Positions 57,301 through 64,000 of a stretch of 64,000 nt of DNA are shown here, piece after piece. A program made the translations under genes and the position numbers. The notes under the pieces are model-generated. The model searched no databases. It was not told the origin of the DNA and saw only the letters and a list, made by a program, of their open reading frames with translations. This DNA is from Mantamonas sphyraenae STR306 (lineage: Eukaryota; Protista; CRuMs): contig JAPMXV010000007.1 in NCBI GenBank assembly GCA_026936335.1, positions 310,001 through 374,000 of the forward strand, read 5' to 3'. The first letter of the stretch is position 1. Every line of letters starts with the position of its first letter.

Positions 57301-60300
57301 ATTTGGACGACGAGCAACGCGCAAGCTTGCTGTCACTTGGTTGGTCGAGCAGCGCGCCGCGGAACACACACGAGTTTGTGGCACAGAAGAAGAAGATGGC
57401 GCGGCTGATCTTGCGCCTCATCAGCGACAATGAGTTTCTGATGAGTCGCATCGAGCAGCAAGAGTCATTGGAACAGGAGCTGAGCGCGTTGGCACGCAGG
57501 CTTCAGGAGCAGACGCAATTGGTGGATGCGACGGAGAAACAATGCAAGGAACTGGAAGCTGTGGCCGCCGAGCGATTGCACGAACGGCTGGCGATGCACA
57601 GCGAAGTCGAAGAGATGCGCGACGCAGTGGCGCGTGCGGAGGAGGCTCTGAAACGCAAGGCGAAAGAGTGGGGAGAGGAAAAGGAGAGCCTGGAGCAGCG
57701 CATCCGGCAGCTGAAACGCCGTGTGGACGAAAGCGTCGAAGAGATGGACAGTCTTCGGCTTTCGTCACGGCTCAGTGCCCCTCCACCTACGGTGATCGAC
57801 GATTCCGAGGCAGCGCGTTGGCAACAAAGGTGCAAAGAGCTGGAGGCAATGGTGGCCATGCAGCAGGAGCAGCAGAGTGGGCCGGCGGAGTTGGTTGCGG
57901 CACTGAAGAGGGATGTGGCGCTGTGGAAGGCTCGGGCAGAGGCGAGTGGAGGCGAAGACGTGCGTATGGAGACGCTGCGGCGGGAAGCCGACGAGTGGAA
58001 GAGACTTGCGTTGGAGGCAAGGGAGCAGCAGGGACAAGGAGGGACCAGCCAGCAGCAGCAGCAGGCGGCAGAGCTGCTGGAAGCAGCACGGCGAGAGGCA
58101 GAGGCATGGAAGGAGAGGTCGAGTGAGCAGGAAGCACAGCTGCAGGCAGAGGCAGAGAGGATGACACAGCGGGTGCGGGAACTGGGACGGCGGGTGACTG
58201 CGGAGCAGGAGCTGCGTGTGGCAGCAGAGGAGGAGGCGGAGAGGGCACGTGTGGGAATGAGTGGTGGTCGACGGGAAGTGGAGGAGGAGCTGGAAGTGGA
58301 GGTGAAGAGATGGCGGAAGCGGGCACGGGAGGCTGAGCGGAGGGCGGAGGAGGCGGAAGCAGGGAAGGAACGTGCGGAGCGGGAAGGGAGGAAGGAGGCA
58401 GAGGAGCTTGGAGGGGCGCTGCACGCGGCGAAAGAGGAGGCGGGGAGGTGGAAGAGCAAAGCGGAAGAAGGGGTGGAAGAGTGGAGGAACAAGGCGGAGG
58501 AGCGGCAGATGGAGGTGGAACGGATGGAGAGGCGCGAGCGAGAGCTGCGTGGGCAGATGGAGCTGGCGCAAGAAGAGGCGCGGGAGGAGCGCAGCCGTGT
58601 GAGGAAACTGGAGCGAGACATGGTCGAGACACAGCGCGCATTGAGCATTGCAGAAGTGGCTGCAAGCGAGAGTCAGCAGCTGGGAGGGCAAGTGAGCGAG
58701 TGGAAGCAGCGAGTGCAGCAGGAAAAGGCGCGGCTGGAAGACACGGAGCTTGCACTGCAACGAAGCGAGAGAAAGGTGCGGGAACTGAGCCAACTGGAGA
58801 CAGAGAAGGAAAGCGAGCTGAACGAAGCACGCACGACGTGTGTGCGTCTGCAACGGCAGACCAGCGAGCTGGAGAGACGCGTGGAGCACCTGGAAAGCGC
58901 GTTGGACGAAGCGACACGGCGCAACAAACAGATGGAACTGCGTGCAGCGATGGCACGGGACGAGCAAATGGCGTCGGAGAACGAGCGCAACAAGACTATG
59001 GAGAACATGCGAGCGCGGTTGGAACGGGAGAACGAAGAGTTGCAGCGAAAGATCCGAGAGCTGGATGGAAAGGTGGGCGAGGAACGGGCAGAGCGAGACA
59101 GGCTAGCAAGGGAAAACGCAGAGCGCGAAGCGACACAGGAACGAGTGGTGGGGGAGCGGGAACGTGCACGTGAAGAGCTGAGCCGTTCTCAGGGTCAAGA
59201 AGAGCTGTTGCGTCAGCGGGTGAAGGCGGCCGAGTCTGATCTGCACAAAGCGGAGGAGCAGGTGCGGACGTTGGGTGTGGAGGTGGAAACGACAACGGAA
59301 CGTGCTGCCAAAGCAGAGAGAGAGGCGGAGAGAGTAGGGGAGCGGGCGCGAATCCTGCAGGAGCGGGTGGTGGAGATGGAGCGTGCGGAGGAGGCAAGTA
59401 CGAGGCGGTTGGGACAGTTGCAAGCGGAATTGGACGCTTCCGTGGCCGAGGGACGTGAGCTGAGGAAGCAAGTGGCGAGATTGGGCGAGGAGGTGAAGTT
59501 CTGGGAAGATGCAAACGGGCAACACGAGGCGATGATCCAGAGCTTGTCGCGGGACCTGAACGCACTGCGCGTAGGCCGCGGAGGAGATGTGGTGGAGGAT
59601 CGAGCACCTGCGACGGTGGGCGCAGATGTGTCGTTGGCGAAACAGGAAGCAGAGGCTCGGATGGGGCGTCTGGAGGCGGAGTTGGAAAGGACCAAGGTGG
59701 AGTTGAAGAAGCAGCAACGAGAGACCAGCGAATGGAGGAAGCTGGCAGAGAGTAGCCACGGAGCGGACGGGGAGGCGGAACGTTTGCGTGTGCAGCATGC
59801 GCGCGAGTCGGCGGCGTTGCGCTCCGAGGTGGAGGAGTGGAAACGCAAGGTGGAGGTGTACACAGTGCAGGAAGCACGTGCCGAGGAGGAGACTCGTGAG
59901 ATGAAACGTGTGTTGGCGCAGTGGAAGGCGCGTGCAGAGGCGAGAAGTGAACAGGGGGAGTTGATAGAAGCGTTGAGGAAGGAGGTGGAGGAGTGGAAGA
60001 CTCGTGCTGAAGCACAAGAGGGAGCCAGAGGGGAGGCGAAGCTGGTGCAGGCGCTGAGAAAGGAGGTGGGAGAGTGGAAGACGCTTGCTGAGGCGAGGGA
60101 GAGTGAATCCGGGTTGGTGGAGGCTTTGCAGCGTGATGTGGCAGAGTGGAAGGCACGTGCACATGCCAACGGGGGTGACGTGGAGCTGATAGAGGCGCTG
60201 AAGAAGGATGTGGCGCTGTGGAAGGCTCGTGCCGAGGCGGAAGAGGTGCAACGAGACAATGGGGAGTTGGTGATTGCATTGAGGGAGGAAGTTGCGGCAC

Positions 60301-61787
60301 TGAAGAGGGATGTGGCGCTGTGGAAGGCTCGGGCAGAGGCGAGTGGAGGCGAAGACGTGCGTATGGAGACGCTGCGGCGGGAAGCCGACGAGTGGAAGAG
60401 ACTTGCGTTGGAGGCAAGGGAGCAGCAGGGACAAGGAGGGACCAGCCAGCAGCAGCAGCAGGCGGCAGAGCTGCTGGAAGCAGCACGGCGAGAGGCAGAG
60501 GCATGGAAGGAGAGGGCGAGTGAGCAGGAAGCACAGCTGCAGGCAGAGGCAGAGAGGATGACACAGCGGGTGCGGGAACTGGGACGGCGGGTGACTGCGG
60601 AGCAGGAGCTGCGTGTGGCAGCAGAGGAGGAGGCGGAGAGGGCACGTGTGGGAATGAGTGGTGGTCGACGGGAAGTGGAGGAGGAGCTGGAAGAGGAGGT
60701 GAAGAGATGGCGGAAGCGGGCACGGGAGGCTGAGCGGAGGGCGGAGGAGGCGGAAGCAGGGAAGGAACGTGCGGAGCGGGAAGGGAGGAAGGAGACAGAG
60801 GAGCTTGGAGGGGCGCTGCACGCGGCGAAAGAGGAGGCGGGGAGGTGGAAGAGCAAAGCGGAAGAAGGGGTGGAAGAGTGGAGAAACAAGGCGGAGGAGC
60901 GGCAGATGGAGGTGGAACGGATGGAGAGGCGCGAGCGAGAGCTGCGTGGGCAGATACAAGAGGTGGATGCCCTTAGTGGCGGTCTGCGAGAGCGGCTGGT
61001 TGGGATGCAAAACGAGATGGCGCAAACACGGGCTGCCCTGGAGAAGAAGCAGCAAGAGCTGGAGGAGGCAAGGAATCAGCAGAGAAAGTGGGTCAAGGAA
61101 CAAGCCAACATGTTGGAGGAGGTGGAGTCGCTGAGGGAACGGCTGTTTGCAAGCAAGAGCAACAGCAGCGAGAGCGACAACAGCGAGTTGCTTGCAGACC
61201 TGCAGCACGACAACGAGCAGCTGGCAAAGGACCTTGTGGATGCCTTGCGGGAAATCAAGCGACTTCAACAGGAACCTTCAAAGATGTCGGAGGTGTCGTC
61301 GTCGTCGTCGTCGTCGTCGTCGACATCGTCTGTGGCGCAGGATCTGGTGTTGGCGGACAAACTTCTAGCCAACAGAGTTGTGCGCCAGCGTGATATGTTG
61401 AGGGAGGAGAAACAGACACTTGTGGTGCTTGTAAAGCGTCATGCACCGCAGCTGCTGCGTCGGCGCGTCCGCTTGCGAGGATGTGCGGCTTGGCGTGCCG
61501 TGGCGTGGATGATCATCGCGGTACGTGTGTTGGGAGGCAGACGGGTGCAACGCATGCACGTGGCTGGAGTTGTGCGCGCGATGCAGCCGAAGCGACGATA
61601 TGTGGGCGCCGAGGGGCTCGGTGTGTCGATCCACTTGAGAGCGGAAAGGCCAAGTGCGGCTCGCGTGGGGAACAGGCAGCGCATTGAGCTGCCTGATCCG
61701 TTCTCGTTGTCTCCCTCGCAGGGGACTCTGGAAGGGGCGTTTGAGGCGAACCTGAGTGATTTGATCGCGCGATTGGGAGCAAAGTGA
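51394..61787 (+). CDS. Giant coiled-coil protein (~3400 aa) with PACT-like C-terminal segment
   Basis: Exons 51394-51876, ~51959-52009, 52095-61787 (all phase 0). E/Q/R/L heptad-rich throughout, with a basic-hydrophobic tail RVRLRGCAAWRAVAWMIIAVRVL. Confidence 0.88.
52605..53490 (+). repeat. Coding tandem repeat array (117-nt and 183-nt units)
   Basis: The core GLEAERDRVVVDL occurs 6 times. Period is 117 nt (52711 vs 52828), then 183 nt (53041, 53224, 53407). Confidence 0.95.
57894..60955 (+). repeat. Dispersed direct repeat: 57894-58558 and 60291-60955 (665 bp, in frame)
   Basis: Both copies begin GTTGCGGCACTGAAGAGGGATGTGG and end GAGCTGCGTGGGCAGAT. The offset is 2397 nt, with about four substitutions seen by eye. 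Confidence 0.95.
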
Positions 61788-61792
61788 AAGGC

Positions 61793-64000
61793 ATGGAGAA
61801 ATTGGAACGGTTTTTTGAAGCGCGTGCTTTTGTTCTGCGAGCGATTGGTGGCGTGGTGATTGTTGCAATGAGTGCAACATCGTTGGCGCTGTTTGAAGTG
61901 GTCGCGTTTCTGCAAATGGCGTGTGTTGGGGCCGCGCTTGTGTTTGGGGTTGCGCTGATGCTTCCGCCATCGTGGTTGGAGACAGTGTGTGGAGCATGTC
62001 GAGCAGTGAAGCGGCGTGTGGGGTTGATGGAAGCGGGTGGAAAGGTGGGAGAGGCGGAGGAAGAGCATGGACACGGTGGGAAACGGACCGACGATGGGAA
62101 AATTTTGGGAGTCGTGGTCGCGGGCTCGGCATTGGTCGCAGCGATGGTTCTTCCAGGGGTAGCCATGGCACAGTATCCTCTGAGTGGGGGTAGTTTGGAC
62201 GACCCGGCGTACGTGAGCCGTAACAGCGTGATTGCAGTGTCAGCGACGCTTGGAGCAGTTGTCCTTCTCGGTGGGCTTGTTCTCGCAGTGGCACGTGTGA
62301 TCGGCAAGGCTTTGCAGCATGTCATCGCATGGATGCTGACTTTGGAAAGCAAGGGCCTTGTGTTTGCCACGATGTGTGCATTGGGTGCTATGGGCTCGTT
62401 TGCTTCGCTCACCGTGCCCGAGCTGCTCGCGTATGTGTTGCCGACTGCCTTTGTCGCCAGCGTGACCTTGGTTGTGCATTGTGGCACACAGAAAGCACGG
62501 AGACAGTCTGGCAAGGAGAAGTGGACTGCCATTGGGGTTGCTGTGGCGGCGGCGGTGGTTGCGATTTTGATTGTCGCGACGTTTGCAGCGCCACTGGGCA
62601 CCGCCGCTGGTAGTCTGACCCCGTTGCGTGACTATGGTTACAACGCACCCAGTGGTGTTGGCAACGCAACTGCAAAAGGCACGTTTGAGGTAGAGCGCTA
62701 TGGGCTGATCGAGGCAAAGGTGCCCGTGTCAGGGTTGCAAGGGGCTGAACCTTTTCCCTTTTCGAACAAGACGGAGAAGGACTCGATGACAATGCTCACG
62801 ACCACGATGTCGCTGGATGTGTCTGCAGTGATGAACTTTACGGCTTTTCGAAAACGATTCTGGGGCTTCGATTCGAAGACGTTGCCCGTTCGGGGTCTTT
62901 TGTGGATGCCGAAGGGTGGCCAGCAAGCACCCGTGGTGATCATTAGCGCCGGAAATCATCAAATGGCAGACTCGAGCGCACCTGGGTACGCGTACCTGTG
63001 CGAACATCTCGCGAGCCATGGGTTTGCGTGCTTGTCGCTCATGGGGGACTTTTTCAACAGCGTTCTCATTGGATCTCAGCGCGTTGATGATCCCATTGGT
63101 GACGACATGGTCCCAAGGGGGTTGTTGTACTTGACGGCGGGGCAGCAGCTGCGCGCATGGGCATCCCAAACCGGGCACCCGTTGCACAACAGGCTGGACC
63201 TGGATCGGGTCACGCTCATGGGCCACTCGCGGACTGGAGAGTCCATTTCCTATGCATCTTGGTTGTTGAACGAGAAGAATTTGCCGAGCAAGATGTTGCG
63301 GGAACTGCCACAGTTCAACATCAGCGAAGCCCGCCAGGCGATGACTGTGCGTGGTTTGCTGGCTTTTGCACCCACAGATGGTGCTATTCGTCCCGGTGGA
63401 CGTGCAATGCGCCTGTCGAATGTGCAGTACTTGGTGCTGCAGGGAACGAACGACATCGACCAGGCCAACAACTTTCAAGGGTGGCGCCAAGCAATGGACG
63501 TGGACGTGACTGCGTCTGGAAATTCCACCGTGTTGCATACTGCCGCAGTACAGGTGTACAGGGCGAACCATGGAAACTGGAACACTCGCTGGGGAAACAC
63601 GGACCTGGGACCGCCGATGTCCTGGTTGCTGGACAAAGAATCCCTGCTCGCCAGCGCAGAACAGCGCGACGTGGCGCGTGCAATGGCATTGGCACTCGTC
63701 AACGTATCTTCATCGGATTCAGGCGTGAACCCGTACGCAGAGGTGCTGAAGGATGTGCGCAAGGCTCAGCGCTGGCTTCCGAACGTTCTCCTTCGTGCCA
63801 ACACACGTTGGACGCAACAGCAGCAGCTCGTTGACTGGGGAAGCACAGGGGAATTGTTGTCGTGCGGGAATGGTGTCCGATGCACGTTCACGGGGATGGA
63901 CGACTTGGCTGTCGCGGAGATCAACAACGGAATATTTCGCCGTGGCGAGCAGAAGGTACTCAAGGCAGCGGTAACTCGCGATACGGTAGGCACGTTGTCG
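61793..64000 (+). CDS. Membrane-anchored alpha/beta hydrolase of bacterial type; 3' end lies outside the window
   Basis: Missing from the ORF track (no stop in the window). Manual translation from ATG 61793 gives about 7 TM helices, then RKRFWGFD..LPVRGLLWMP, GNHQM, PGYAYLCEHLASHGF, GHSRTGE (Ser at ~63227), FAPTD, LQGTND, ANHGNWNTRWG. No intron is needed. Confidence 0.88.
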   Translation, partial: MEKLERFFEARAFVLRAIGGVVIVAMSATSLALFEVVAFLQMACVGAALVFGVALMLPPSWLETVCGACRAVKRRVGLMEAGGKVGEAEEEHGHGGKRTDDGKILGVVVAGSALVAAMVLPGVAMAQYPLSGGSLDDPAYVSRNSVIAVSATLGAVVLLGGLVLAVARVIGKALQHVIAWMLTLESKGLVFATMCALGAMGSFASLTVPELLAYVLPTAFVASVTLVVHCGTQKARRQSGKEKWTAIGVAVAAAVVAILIVATFAAPLGTAAGSLTPLRDYGYNAPSGVGNATAKGTFEVERYGLIEAKVPVSGLQGAEPFPFSNKTEKDSMTMLTTTMSLDVSAVMNFTAFRKRFWGFDSKTLPVRGLLWMPKGGQQAPVVIISAGNHQMADSSAPGYAYLCEHLASHGFACLSLMGDFFNSVLIGSQRVDDPIGDDMVPRGLLYLTAGQQLRAWASQTGHPLHNRLDLDRVTLMGHSRTGESISYASWLLNEKNLPSKMLRELPQFNISEARQAMTVRGLLAFAPTDGAIRPGGRAMRLSNVQYLVLQGTNDIDQANNFQGWRQAMDVDVTASGNSTVLHTAAVQVYRANHGNWNTRWGNTDLGPPMSWLLDKESLLASAEQRDVARAMALALVNVSSSDSGVNPYAEVLKDVRKAQRWLPNVLLRANTRWTQQQQLVDWGSTGELLSCGNGVRCTFTGMDDLAVAEINNGIFRRGEQKVLKAAVTRDTVGTLS

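Noticed and set aside
61785-61795. Stop-codon readthrough or selenocysteine fusing the coiled-coil protein to the hydrolase
   Set aside because: The downstream ORF is in a different frame.

Overview
Nuclear DNA of a GC-rich, extremely gene-dense, intron-poor unicellular eukaryote. It encodes HYDIN, so the organism probably has a motile flagellum; I cannot name the taxon. About 21 protein-coding genes can be modelled by hand with in-frame spliceosomal introns: UBL-USP deubiquitinase (runs off the left edge), PhyH-type dioxygenase, LMBR1-like, DAP3/mS29, UPF0658-like, FANCF-like, MPP-alpha, NAF1, Bin3/MEPCE, an unknown secreted Cys protein, a RING-less RAD5-like helicase, a large protein with a degenerate bacterial-type HD domain, a 62-aa membrane microprotein, NHP2, a sugar porter, RPS20, Sec1/Munc18, HYDIN, a two-TM channel-like protein, GNL1, an SLC46-like MFS, a giant coiled-coil protein with a PACT-like tail, and a bacterial-type membrane alpha/beta hydrolase (runs off the right edge). 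The most unusual signal is the gene architecture. (1) One same-strand pair overlaps as an A-TG|A start/stop made by a splice junction, and another pair is only 5 nt apart; both are candidate polycistronic or translationally coupled loci. (2) Six divergent pairs have only 48-71 bp between start codons. (3) Convergent pairs are 10-49 bp apart. (4) Introns have strong CTGAC branch points, often no polypyrimidine tract, and long hairpins. No tRNA, rRNA, CRISPR array or transposon was recognised. All family calls are by motif recognition from memory, not database search, and all splice models are predictions.
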